Shown here: piece after piece, positions 26,111 to 34,735 of the stretch | Layout: each line of letters opens with the position of its first letter | How positions within the stretch are numbered: the first letter of the stretch is position 1 | NCBI GenBank assembly: GCA_965657825.1 | Contig: CBFHQG010000002.1 | Location: 2,290-66,289 of the forward strand | Direction of reading: 5' to 3' | Source: Actinomycetes bacterium | Lineage (GTDB): Bacteria; Actinomycetota; Actinomycetes; S36-B12 | Length of the DNA: 64,000 bases | Notes under the pieces: generated by a model | Told to the model about the DNA's origin: nothing | The model's input: only the letters and a program-made list of their open reading frames with translations | The model's database searches: none | Made by a program: the position numbers and the translations under genes

Positions 26111-26638
26111 TCACCCCTTGCCCGGGTGCAGGTGTCCGCAGGAGGGACACACCCGGGCAGCCTCGTCGGTGTAGAACGCCTCGAACACCGGTGGCAGGTC
26201 AGCGGCGATGTCGCGGACCTGCAGTTCGACCTCGTGCACCTTCGCGCTGCACTGCGGGCAGTACCACTGGAACTTCTCCAGGGTGCCCTCCTCGCGGACA
26301 CGTTCGAAGACCAGGCCGATGGAGCCGGTCTCGGGGCGCTGAGGCGAATGCGGCATGTTGCGGGGCAGCACCCACATCTCACCGGGGCCGATGGTGACTG
26401 TCGCGGGTCCGTCGGGAGTCATCAGATCCACATGCATGGTGCCCTTGATCTGGTAGAAGACCTCCTCGAATGGGTCGACGTGGTAGTCGGTACGCGCGTT
26501 GGGACCACCGACGACCATGACGATGAAGTCCTCACCTCCGGGGAACATCTCCTTGTTGGCGACCGGGGGCTTCAGCTCAGGGCCGTTTGTGGTGACCCAG
26601 GTATCGAAGTCGATGGTGCGGGTCAGGTCGTCGGTCAT
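26111..26638 (-). CDS. 3-hydroxyanthranilate 3,4-dioxygenase (cupin)
   Basis: VMVVGGPNARTDYHVDPFEEVFYQIKG...PRNMPHSPQR cupin core and C-terminal CPQC...CPSC rubredoxin-like site. Confidence 0.85.
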   Translation of the reverse strand: MTDDLTRTIDFDTWVTTNGPELKPPVANKEMFPGGEDFIVMVVGGPNARTDYHVDPFEEVFYQIKGTMHVDLMTPDGPATVTIGPGEMWVLPRNMPHSPQRPETGSIGLVFERVREEGTLEKFQWYCPQCSAKVHEVELQVRDIAADLPPVFEAFYTDEAARVCPSCGHLHPGKG

Positions 26639-27111
26639 GGGACGGGCCTTTCGTCAGCGGCGCCACGGTGGGCGACCGCGGTGATCTCGATGAGCAGGTG
26701 GGGATGGGGCAGTTCACGGACGGCCACGGTGGTGCGGGTCGGACCGGTGTGGTCGAAGAACTCCGCGTACGCGGAGTTGTAGCCGGCGAAGTCGGCCATG
26801 TCGACCAGGTAGGAGGTCACCTGCACGAGGTGCTGCAGACCGAGACCCTCCGTTGCGAGCAGATCGGAGATGTTGGTGATCACCGCGCGGGTTTGTGCGG
26901 CGATATCGAGTGTCACCGATCCATCAGCGGCAACATCCACCCCGATGAAGGTGTCATCGGCGCGGCGACTGGAGGTGCCCGAGACCCAGACGAGATCGCC
27001 GACGGACTTCACGTGGGGATACGCCCCCCGCGGGGTGGCCTTTCCTGGCACCACCCGGGCGCTGGATTTCGTCACGGTTCCATCCTCCCGGTCGATTCCT
27101 CGTCGTGCCAT
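26635..27111 (-). CDS. RidA/YjgF-family deaminase (candidate 2-aminomuconate deaminase)
   Basis: RidA fold signature (VWVSGT..., VQVTSYLVDMADF, PTRTTVAV..LP). Its stop overlaps the 3-HAO start. Confidence 0.7.
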   Translation of the reverse strand: MARRGIDREDGTVTKSSARVVPGKATPRGAYPHVKSVGDLVWVSGTSSRRADDTFIGVDVAADGSVTLDIAAQTRAVITNISDLLATEGLGLQHLVQVTSYLVDMADFAGYNSAYAEFFDHTGPTRTTVAVRELPHPHLLIEITAVAHRGAADERPVP

Positions 27112-27141
27112 GCCCGCTGGTTACCCATTGGGGAGACTGCC

Positions 27142-27157
27142 ATGCCTAAGGGGGCAT
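27142..27157. promoter_or_regulatory. Candidate LysR-type operator (ATGCC-N6-GGCAT)
   Basis: Dyad in the 57-nt divergent region between the RidA operon start (27111) and the LysR start (27169). A related GGCAT-N7-ATGCC dyad lies at 31041-31057 upstream of kynA. Confidence 0.3.
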
Positions 27158-27168
27158 AGCCTGAGGGG

Positions 27169-28104
27169 GTGGTCACTCTCGCGCATCGGCTGCTCGACGG
27201 CCGACTCAAACTGCGGCATCTGGTGCTGGCGACGACCATCGCCGACGCGGGCAGCCTGGCCAGAGCGGCCGAGCAACTGCACATCACCCAACCCGTGGTG
27301 ACCCGTGGACTGCAGGATCTTGAAGCGATCGTCGGGGTGACGCTGTTCGACCGGTCGACGCAGGGGGTGGTTCCGACGGTCTACGGACGGGCCTTCGTCG
27401 AGCACGCGAGAGCGGCGCTCGCGGAGATCCAGCAGGCGGGGCGCACCTTGACCGACCTCGTCGAGGCTGAGACAGGCACGGTCACGGTCGGTACACACCT
27501 GGCTGGATCCAACATCCTGCTCCCGTTGGCGATCGCTCGACTGAAATCACAGCGCCCCGGGGTCGCTGTCGTCGTGCGCGAATCGACCCCCGATGTGCTG
27601 CAGTCGGAGTTGCTCGTGGGCGACGTCGATCTCACGGTCGGTCGACTCACCGCTACCGACGCGCGCATTGATCAGGAGCGCCTGTACATCGAGCCGATCG
27701 TGTTCGTCGTGCGCGCGGATCATCCGATACTGCGGGGAGCAGTCCCGACCTTCGCCGAATTGGCCGCCCTGCCGTGGATCGTGCCCGTAGGCGGTACTGC
27801 GCTGCGTCGTGAACTCGAACAGGTCTTCGCCTCGCATGCGCTGGTGTGGCCGGAGGACAGGGTCGAGTGCACCAGTGCGCTCACGCTGCGCCGCCTGATC
27901 CTGGATCGTGACTGTGTTGCTGCGCTGCCTGAACTCGTTGCTTGCGATGATGAATCCCTCGCGATCGTGACACCCATCGATGCCGACCTGGCGCACCTGG
28001 CTCGTCCGGTGGGGATCTCGCGTGTGCGATCGCGGTGGGAGCCTCCCGCTGTGACGGCGTTCATCGAAGGTCTACGGCGGGTGGCTGACGATCTATCGGA
28101 TTAG
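27169..28104 (+). CDS. LysR-family transcriptional regulator
   Basis: N-terminal HTH LRHLVLATTIADAGSLARAAEQLHITQPVVTRGLQDLE and a LysR substrate-binding domain. Divergent from one kynurenine operon and convergent with the other. Confidence 0.85.
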   Translation: MVTLAHRLLDGRLKLRHLVLATTIADAGSLARAAEQLHITQPVVTRGLQDLEAIVGVTLFDRSTQGVVPTVYGRAFVEHARAALAEIQQAGRTLTDLVEAETGTVTVGTHLAGSNILLPLAIARLKSQRPGVAVVVRESTPDVLQSELLVGDVDLTVGRLTATDARIDQERLYIEPIVFVVRADHPILRGAVPTFAELAALPWIVPVGGTALRRELEQVFASHALVWPEDRVECTSALTLRRLILDRDCVAALPELVACDDESLAIVTPIDADLAHLARPVGISRVRSRWEPPAVTAFIEGLRRVADDLSD

Positions 28105-28850
28105 TCGCGGGAATCGAGGCTGAGGGCCTCGCGGAGCAGGGCACGCCGCACATCGGAGACGGCCGAGGCTGGGTCGAGGATCTCGTAGTGGCCCTCACCC
28201 GGCCTCAACATGAGCTCCAGTCGTTGCCCCTGCTCGATGACATGTCGCCGGTAGGACTCACTCTGCGTGAGCGGAACGTCGCTATCAGCGTCGCCGTGGA
28301 GGATCACCCGGCGACCAGCGGAATCGGGGACGAGTACCGCGGGATCACAAAGTGCGTACCTGTCGGGGACGTCCTCGGGGCGGCCGCCCATCAGCGTGTC
28401 GACGGCACCATCGCCGAGGTGTTCTTTGCTGGCCTGAGAAAAGCAGACGACCGGAGCATGCAGGATGATCGCGTCGAAGGGTGGCAGTACTCCCCGTGAG
28501 GTGGCCCACGCCACCAACCCACCTCCCGCGGAATGGCCGCAGATCGCACGGCGAGTCGTGTCCACTCCGTGTCTGACGGCACTCACCAGTGCGTGATCGA
28601 TCGCAGCCGCGGTGTCATCGAGAGTTGCCGGCCACGCGTTCTCATAGGTGCGGTATTCGATGCTGAACACGGCGAAGCCGTGCGCAGCCAGGTCCAGCGC
28701 ACTGGGCTCCTCGATCTCGCGACGCCAGACCGGTCGCCAGAAGCCACCGTGGACGAGCACCACCAGAGGCGGGTTAGCGCTCTCGGGCAGGAACCATTCG
28801 CCAACCTGCATCGGGTCGGTTCCGTATGTCTCGACAACGCGGTGGGTCAT
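28101..28850 (-). CDS. Alpha/beta hydrolase (candidate kynurenine formamidase / arylformamidase)
   Basis: Trimmed to MTHRVVETYG at 28850, where its ATG overlaps the kynU stop. Oxyanion HGGFW and nucleophile GHSAGG motifs. Located between kynU and the operon end. Confidence 0.65.
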   Translation of the reverse strand: MTHRVVETYGTDPMQVGEWFLPESANPPLVVLVHGGFWRPVWRREIEEPSALDLAAHGFAVFSIEYRTYENAWPATLDDTAAAIDHALVSAVRHGVDTTRRAICGHSAGGGLVAWATSRGVLPPFDAIILHAPVVCFSQASKEHLGDGAVDTLMGGRPEDVPDRYALCDPAVLVPDSAGRRVILHGDADSDVPLTQSESYRRHVIEQGQRLELMLRPGEGHYEILDPASAVSDVRRALLREALSLDSRD

Positions 28851-30112
28851 GCGTCCAGGCGACGCCGCAGCGCATCGGCCGCCCGCCAGCAGTCGTGGTA
28901 CGTCGAGTACAGCGGGACGGGTGCGAACCGGATGATGTCGGGATTGCGGGTATCGGCGATGACTCCATCGGCGTCTCGCAGGGTGTCGGCGAGCGTGTGG
29001 ATGTCGCAGGTGAAACGCACTGAGAGCTGGCAACCGTGCCGATCATCCTCAGGTGGAGTCACGATGCTCATGGCCCCCGGAGGCACTTCGCTCTCCACCT
29101 CATCGAAGAGCGTGCGAAGGTATCCGGTCAGGCGCAGGCTGCGCTCGCGTAGCTGCGGCATGCCTATCTCGTCGAAGATGCCCAGCGATACCTCGACCGG
29201 GGCCATCGCAAGGATCGGCGGGTTCGACACCTGCCACGCATCAGCCGTGGCCGGCGGGTCGAAGTGGCGTTCCATACGGAATCGCGTCGCGGTGTCAGTG
29301 CCCCACCAGCCGGCCAGTCGCGGCAGTGACGTATCGCGCGCATGGCGGGAATGTATGAACGCACCGGCGACGGCACCCGGTCCGGAATTCAGGTACTTAT
29401 AGGAGCACCAGGCCGCGAAGTCGACATCCCACTCGTGAAGGCTCATCGGCACATTGCCGGCTGCGTGAGCGAGGTCGAAGCCGACCATGGCGCCGACAGC
29501 ATGCCCCGCATCGGTGATCGCGGGCATGTCGATCCACTCGCCGGTCAGGTAGTTCACCGCGCTGAACATCACGAGAGACAGATGGCCGGCGTGCTGGTCG
29601 ATCGCCTCGAGGATGTCTTCGGTGCGGAGGATGTCCTCACCATCACGCGGTCGCAGACGGATCACCTCGACCGCCGGGTCTAGACCGTGCCAGCGCACCT
29701 GAGCATCGACGGCGTAACCATCGGAGGGGAAGACGATGTCCTCCATGAGCACCTTCGTGCGCCCACCGCTTGGCCGATAGAAGGTGGCCATGAGCAGGTG
29801 CAGGTTGACGGTGAGGGAGTTCATCACCACCGTCTCCTCCGGTAGAGCGCCCACGAGGCGAGCCGCGGGATCACGCAATGCCTCGTGGTAGTCCTTCCAC
29901 GGTCGAGGGCCAGTCAGTTGACCCTCGACACCCCACTGCGCCCACCGACTGAGTTCGACTTCGACGGCCGGGGCTGTCGCGCGCGGCTGGAGGCCCAGGG
30001 AATTGCCGGCGAAGTACGCCATCTCGGGGTGGTCTCCGGAGAAAGGCGGGATGTGGAATAGCGAACGCCAGCCGGGGTCGCCGACATCGAGGTCGGGCTC
30101 ATAGGAACGCAC
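28847..30112 (-). CDS. kynU: Kynureninase (PLP-dependent)
   Basis: YFAGNSLGLQP, FDLAHAAGNVP, AWCSYKYLNSGPG (PLP lysine) motifs. Start placed at the in-frame GTG 30112, just after the kynA stop; uncertain. Confidence 0.85.
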   Translation of the reverse strand: MRSYEPDLDVGDPGWRSLFHIPPFSGDHPEMAYFAGNSLGLQPRATAPAVEVELSRWAQWGVEGQLTGPRPWKDYHEALRDPAARLVGALPEETVVMNSLTVNLHLLMATFYRPSGGRTKVLMEDIVFPSDGYAVDAQVRWHGLDPAVEVIRLRPRDGEDILRTEDILEAIDQHAGHLSLVMFSAVNYLTGEWIDMPAITDAGHAVGAMVGFDLAHAAGNVPMSLHEWDVDFAAWCSYKYLNSGPGAVAGAFIHSRHARDTSLPRLAGWWGTDTATRFRMERHFDPPATADAWQVSNPPILAMAPVEVSLGIFDEIGMPQLRERSLRLTGYLRTLFDEVESEVPPGAMSIVTPPEDDRHGCQLSVRFTCDIHTLADTLRDADGVIADTRNPDIIRFAPVPLYSTYHDCWRAADALRRRLDA

Positions 30113-30125
30113 GGGCGTCAGCCTG

Positions 30126-30977
30126 TCAGATGCGCGTGCGGGAGGACCACAGTTCGGGGAAGGCTTGGCGCACCAGGCTGCGCTCCAGCCATGCCACACC
30201 TGCAGAGCCTCCGGTGCCGATCTTCGCGCCCATCGCGCGGCGTACCGCCATCAGATGGCGGTACCGCCAGTCACTGAACTGCTCGGCAAGATCGGTGAGG
30301 ATCTCGGCGAGTTCACGCAGGGGATCACCGTGTGCGGTGCGTCCGTACAGGTCGACCCACACATCCTCCACTGCGTCGTGAGCCTCATAGGTGGTCGACG
30401 TGTCGCGATCGAGCACCTCATTGGGAATGGCGAATCCCTGCCGAGCAAGGTAGGCGAGCACATCGTCGTACAGGCTCGGTTCGGCGAAGGCGTCCAGCAG
30501 GCGCTGATAGTGGTCGCCGGCGACATGCTTGTGCGGGCGCAGCAGAGCGGGGTCTTTGAAGCCGAGCAGGAACTCGACGTGTCGATACAGGAATGACTGG
30601 AAACCCGAGGCTTCGCCGAGTTCTTCGCGGAAGGAGTTGAAATCCGCGGGAGTCATCCAGCGGAAACTGACCCAACTGGCATTCAGTGCCGTGAAGTGAT
30701 CGACACTGCGTCGGAGGGTCACCAAGGCCTCGCCGAGGTCATTGCCGCGCAGTGCCTTCTGCGCGGTGCGCCACTCGAAGGCCAACAGGTTGAAGTACAA
30801 CTCCATGATCTGGGAGCACACCAGGAACATGTACTCACCGGGCACGTCGGTGGCCGTGCGCTGCAGGCTGGCCAGGGTCGAGGCGCGGACATAGGCGTCA
30901 TAGGGGGTGGTCTGCTCGAACTCCACCCGGGGTGCACTCGCCGCATCGGGCTTTCCGGGTCGTCGACGACTGGTCAT
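30126..30977 (-). CDS. kynA: Tryptophan 2,3-dioxygenase
   Basis: Only the last 283 codons of the track ORF were kept (MTSRRRPGKP...YDAYVRASTLASLQ...SGFQSFLYR...WRYRHLMAVRRAMG...GTGGS). Confidence 0.85.
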   Translation of the reverse strand: MTSRRRPGKPDAASAPRVEFEQTTPYDAYVRASTLASLQRTATDVPGEYMFLVCSQIMELYFNLLAFEWRTAQKALRGNDLGEALVTLRRSVDHFTALNASWVSFRWMTPADFNSFREELGEASGFQSFLYRHVEFLLGFKDPALLRPHKHVAGDHYQRLLDAFAEPSLYDDVLAYLARQGFAIPNEVLDRDTSTTYEAHDAVEDVWVDLYGRTAHGDPLRELAEILTDLAEQFSDWRYRHLMAVRRAMGAKIGTGGSAGVAWLERSLVRQAFPELWSSRTRI

Positions 30978-31182
30978 GGTGCTCCAGTCTGTCCCTTCTG
31001 GGCCGGGGAGGGAACCACCTGTCACCGGTCGAGGTGAATCGGCATGACCGGTATGCCCTGATGTCCCCCCGCCAATGGGATCCTCCGTGGGGAACCACCG
31101 GGGGCAGGCGGGCGTCTGTAGGTGTGCAGGATCGTCGGCCGACCGGACAACCGGGTCGGGGAATCGTGGAGGATGGAACATC

Positions 31183-31587
31183 ATGCGTAGCATCACTCGC
31201 CGGGGAATCAGCGCGATCGCCGTTGGCGTCTTGGCCGTGGGTGGTATCAGCACCCTCACCGCTTGTTCCTCCGGCGGATCCTCCGATCCGACGACCAGTG
31301 CCGCACAGTCAGGAGCCCAGATGATCGGTCCCGTCACCGTCGAGCCCGGCCAGACCGAGGTGAGCGTCAGCGTCGGGCGGATGGTGGTGTTCAACGTCGC
31401 TGATCCGACCAAGGAGATGATCGCCACTGACAACCCCGAGGTCGTCAGCGTCATCCCGGGTCGCGATGACGGTTCGGCGGTGTTCAATCCCGGTGCGGAA
31501 GCCTTGGCACCCGGAACGGCACAGGTCACCTTGACGAACATGGATACCGGGGCCACCCAGGTGGTGTCGATCACCGTCACCGAGTAG
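31183..31587 (+). CDS. Small secreted lipoprotein, function unknown
   Basis: Start MRSITRRGISAIAVGVLAVGGISTLTAC (lipobox) at the in-frame ATG 31183. 134 aa, probably a beta-rich domain. Confidence 0.6.
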   Translation: MRSITRRGISAIAVGVLAVGGISTLTACSSGGSSDPTTSAAQSGAQMIGPVTVEPGQTEVSVSVGRMVVFNVADPTKEMIATDNPEVVSVIPGRDDGSAVFNPGAEALAPGTAQVTLTNMDTGATQVVSITVTE

Positions 31588-31613
31588 TTCCGCGACTACC
31601 CTGGGATCTCGTG

Positions 31614-31739
31614 ATGGGAGCCCCGGGGCCGTGTCCGGCCTGCGAGACGGTGGACCTACAGCGCCGTGGCGGCAAGGACTACTGCCCGCGCTGCCACTAC
31701 ATCCAGCCCTGCTGCGACGGCGGCGACTGTTCGGTGTGA
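31614..31739 (+). CDS. Unannotated 41-aa Cys-rich zinc-ribbon-like micro-protein
   Basis: ATG..TGA reads MGAPGPCPACETVDLQRRGGKDYCPRCHYIQPCCDGGDCSV (7 Cys; CPxC-N13-CPxC). 35 of 40 codons end in G/C. It lies 26 nt after the lipoprotein stop and 10 nt before the add start. Below the ORF-track length cutoff. Confidence 0.5.
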   Translation: MGAPGPCPACETVDLQRRGGKDYCPRCHYIQPCCDGGDCSV

Positions 31740-31749
31740 GACTGCGGCG

Positions 31750-32778
31750 ATGACGTCCGTCTTCGATGCCGAGTGGATCCGCGGCCTGCCCAAGACCGAG
31801 TTGCACCTGCACCTGATCGGCGCCACGTCGCCGCAGACGGTCGTCGAACTCGCTCGTCGCCATCCACACACCACGGTGCCGACCGAAATGGACGAGCTCC
31901 TGGATTTCTATACCTTCCGGGACTTCGATTCCTTCGTCGAGGTGTACCAGGCCGTCAGCGGCCTGGTGACTTCGGGTGAGGACGTCACTGTTCTCATCGA
32001 GGGCCTCGCGCGGGATCTACGGCAACAGGGCGTGCGCTACGCCGAGGTCACCGTCACCGCCGCCACCCAGTTGGCCGACGGGATCGCACCTGATGAACTC
32101 GCCGATGCGATGGAGACCGGACGGCAACGCGCCGCCGACGGCGGTGTGGAGATTGCATATGTGATCGACGTCCACGGAGGGCTCGGCCCTACTGTCGCGG
32201 ATACCACCCTGGAGTGGATCAGGCGATACGCCCCGCCACGCACGATCGGCTTTGGCCTGGGAGGCCCGGAGGTCGGCGTCCCCCGATCGGTGTTCGCTCC
32301 CCACTTCGCCGAGGCGCGGATGCTCGGGTTGCGCAGCCTGCCCCATGCGGGTGAGACCACGGGGCCGGAGACCGTCTGGTCGGCACTGCAGGATCTGAAT
32401 GCCGAGCGCATCGGTCACGGAATCGCGGCGGCAGCCGATCGTGACCTGATGGCGCACCTCGCCGGGGAGGGCATCACCCTCGAGGTGTGTCCCACGTCCA
32501 ATATCTGCACCGGCGCTGTGGAGGATCTGTCTGGACATCCACTGCGGGCCCTGCTCGATGCGGGGGTCCCGGTCACCTTGAGCACCGATGATCCCGGCAT
32601 GTTCGGAACCGATCTGGTCCGCGAATACACCGCAGCCTGGCAATTCGCCGAGCTCACGAGGGCGGAGATCATCGCGATCGTGCGCCAAGGCATCACGGCT
32701 TCCTACTGCGAGGAGAGCACCCGCTATCGACTGCTCGCCGAACTCGACGCTGTGTCGGTCGAGGATGGCACTGCATAG
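31750..32778 (+). CDS. add: Adenosine deaminase
   Basis: LPKTELHLHLIG, HAGE, STDDPGMF motifs. Trimmed to MTSVFDAEW at the in-frame ATG 31750. Confidence 0.85.
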   Translation: MTSVFDAEWIRGLPKTELHLHLIGATSPQTVVELARRHPHTTVPTEMDELLDFYTFRDFDSFVEVYQAVSGLVTSGEDVTVLIEGLARDLRQQGVRYAEVTVTAATQLADGIAPDELADAMETGRQRAADGGVEIAYVIDVHGGLGPTVADTTLEWIRRYAPPRTIGFGLGGPEVGVPRSVFAPHFAEARMLGLRSLPHAGETTGPETVWSALQDLNAERIGHGIAAAADRDLMAHLAGEGITLEVCPTSNICTGAVEDLSGHPLRALLDAGVPVTLSTDDPGMFGTDLVREYTAAWQFAELTRAEIIAIVRQGITASYCEESTRYRLLAELDAVSVEDGTA

Positions 32779-32789
32779 ACTCAGGCGCT

Positions 32790-33890
32790 ATGGCGACACA
32801 GGAATCAGCGCCCGAGCAATCAGCCGTCGATCGGCTCGATCGGGTCAGTCTGCTGCGCTGGCTCGCCGATCAGGGACTCCCGGTGGATCCCGCGGCACCC
32901 ATCGAGGCGGAGTTGCTCGCGCGGGGCCGATCGAATGTCACGTATCGCATCCGCCAGGGTGATCTGGACTGGGTGGTGCGCCGGCAGCCGTTCGGCCATG
33001 TCATGCCGAGTGCGCACGATATGGCGCGAGAGCATCGGGTGATCTCGGGGATGTTTGCGGGAGGTTTCGTCGTCCCCGAGCCGATCGCACTGTGTGAGGA
33101 CCCCGATGTGATCGGGTCCGTCTTCCATGTCATGCAGTTCGTTCCGGGTTTGGTCATGGGTTCAGCAGCGGAGACCGCCTCCCTGACCCCGGCTGAGGCT
33201 CGGGAGTTGAGTCTCGAACTCGTCGGAACGATGGCTCGGCTGCATGCGGTGGATGCACCGGCGGTGGGTCTGGGTGAACTCGGCCGACCGGAGGGATTCC
33301 TGATCCGCCAGGCGCAGCGATGGCGCAAGCAGTGGGAGCTCAGCCAGACCCGCGAGCTCCCGCTCGCGGTGGAACTCGCCGATCGCCTCGAGGCCCGTGT
33401 CCGACAGATCCCCGAGGGAGTTCCGTGGTCGGTCGTGCATGGGGATTTCCGACTGGACAACACCATCGTGGATCCGCAATCGATGCGGGTTTCGGCGGTT
33501 GTCGACTGGGAGATGTCAACGCTCGGTGATCCGCTCACCGATCTGGGTTTACTGCTGGTCTACTGGACGCGCCCGGATGATGTGGCCTTGAAGAAGTTGC
33601 CGCTTGTTGGCGGGGTCACCGATCATGAAGGATTCCCGGATCGGCGTGAGCTGGTCGATGCCTATGTCGCAGACAGTGGGCGCGACGTCGATCACCTCGA
33701 TGCCTGCATCGCGCTGTCGTGTTTCAAATTGGCCGTGATCTTGGAATCCATCCGCAAGAGGATCCTCGCCGGTGCCCAGGTCGGCAGCGCCGCCGGACAG
33801 GCGGATCTGATGGGTGGTGCTACCGATGTCCTGCTCGAACTTGGTGTCGCAGCGCTCGAAAGAGACGCACTCGACGCCCTGAGCTCGTAG
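32790..33890 (+). CDS. Phosphotransferase enzyme family protein (APH-like kinase)
   Basis: GRSNVTYRI, catalytic HGDFRLDNTIV, DWEMSTLGDPLTDL motifs. Confidence 0.8.
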   Translation: MATQESAPEQSAVDRLDRVSLLRWLADQGLPVDPAAPIEAELLARGRSNVTYRIRQGDLDWVVRRQPFGHVMPSAHDMAREHRVISGMFAGGFVVPEPIALCEDPDVIGSVFHVMQFVPGLVMGSAAETASLTPAEARELSLELVGTMARLHAVDAPAVGLGELGRPEGFLIRQAQRWRKQWELSQTRELPLAVELADRLEARVRQIPEGVPWSVVHGDFRLDNTIVDPQSMRVSAVVDWEMSTLGDPLTDLGLLLVYWTRPDDVALKKLPLVGGVTDHEGFPDRRELVDAYVADSGRDVDHLDACIALSCFKLAVILESIRKRILAGAQVGSAAGQADLMGGATDVLLELGVAALERDALDALSS

Positions 33891-34006
33891 GTGACGGCTA
33901 GCCTTGCGTCGCCGATTTCGTCGTACCCGAAACTGGTGAGGGTCCGCACGAGGAGGAATCGCGTGAAGTCATCGTCATCGACGACGAGCACACGTGTACC
34001 CGTCAT
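33891..34006 (-). pseudogene. Remnant of a response-regulator receiver domain (first ~39 codons only)
   Basis: MTGTRVLVVDDDDFTRFLLVRTLTSFGYDEIGDARLAVT matches beta1-alpha1-beta2 of REC. The frame then runs antisense into the APH gene with no phospho-acceptor Asp or Lys region. Confidence 0.4.
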
Positions 34007-34019
34007 GTTCACGGAGACA

Positions 34020-34571
34020 CTATGTCGCCCCCTCTGGAAGCGGGAGGACGCGGTACGGGGAATGGGGGTGTGGCACCCCATGGTCGGCCAGGGCATCGTC
34101 CAGCAACGGGAGGTCCGCTCCGTGCAACCGTCGACCGTCCCGGGTAGTCAGCACCGGATCGCTGGGGTACCACGATGCTCCTTCGCGGACACGTCGTAGA
34201 AATTCCCGTTCACGTAATGATGCCAGGGCGAACATAGTCGCCGAGGAAAGATGGTGGTGTCGGAACGGTGAACGGTCGGTAAGGCCAAGTGTCAGACCGA
34301 GAAGACATCGATGCCCACATGGCTTGCGTTCCCTGAGTGCACTGCTCGCCCAATCGATGTCATGCCATCGAAGGTCTCCCACAATCTCGAGTGGAACCCC
34401 ATCATCATCGAGACGGCGGATCAGAGTGTCGGTTTGCGAGTCGATGTCGGTGGACTGGATCACCCGTCCACTGTCGATGCACACTCGCCCAGTACTCAAG
34501 ATCCTTGCCGTCGGGTGTTCGGTCAGTCCGGACGATGACCATCGATAGCCGGTCAGGTGTGCACCGGTCAT
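34020..34571 (-). CDS. Hypothetical protein (183 aa), family not recognised
   Basis: ORF with moderately GC-rich third positions in a lower-GC block, divergent from the LuxR-type gene. I recognise no motif and it may be decayed. Confidence 0.35.
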   Translation of the reverse strand: MTGAHLTGYRWSSSGLTEHPTARILSTGRVCIDSGRVIQSTDIDSQTDTLIRRLDDDGVPLEIVGDLRWHDIDWASSALRERKPCGHRCLLGLTLGLTDRSPFRHHHLSSATMFALASLREREFLRRVREGASWYPSDPVLTTRDGRRLHGADLPLLDDALADHGVPHPHSPYRVLPLPEGAT

Positions 34572-34735
34572 ATTGACCTCTGCACTGTGAGTGATGACGC
34601 TGAACCAACCGCGATGAGAGCGTTTCGAGCAGTGACCGGGAACTCCACGGTAGGTGACCGTGAGGTTTGCGCGAGAGCGTGTTCATCGATGGTCGTGCCC
34701 GCTACCTGACCGCTCACTCAACGGGAGAGGACCCC

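Noticed and set aside
33994-34548. 184-aa plus-strand ORF (and 33891..34199+) in the lower-GC block
   Set aside because: Extremely Arg/Ser-rich translation, typical of the antisense frame. The minus-strand 183-aa ORF is the more plausible, though still uncertain, reading.
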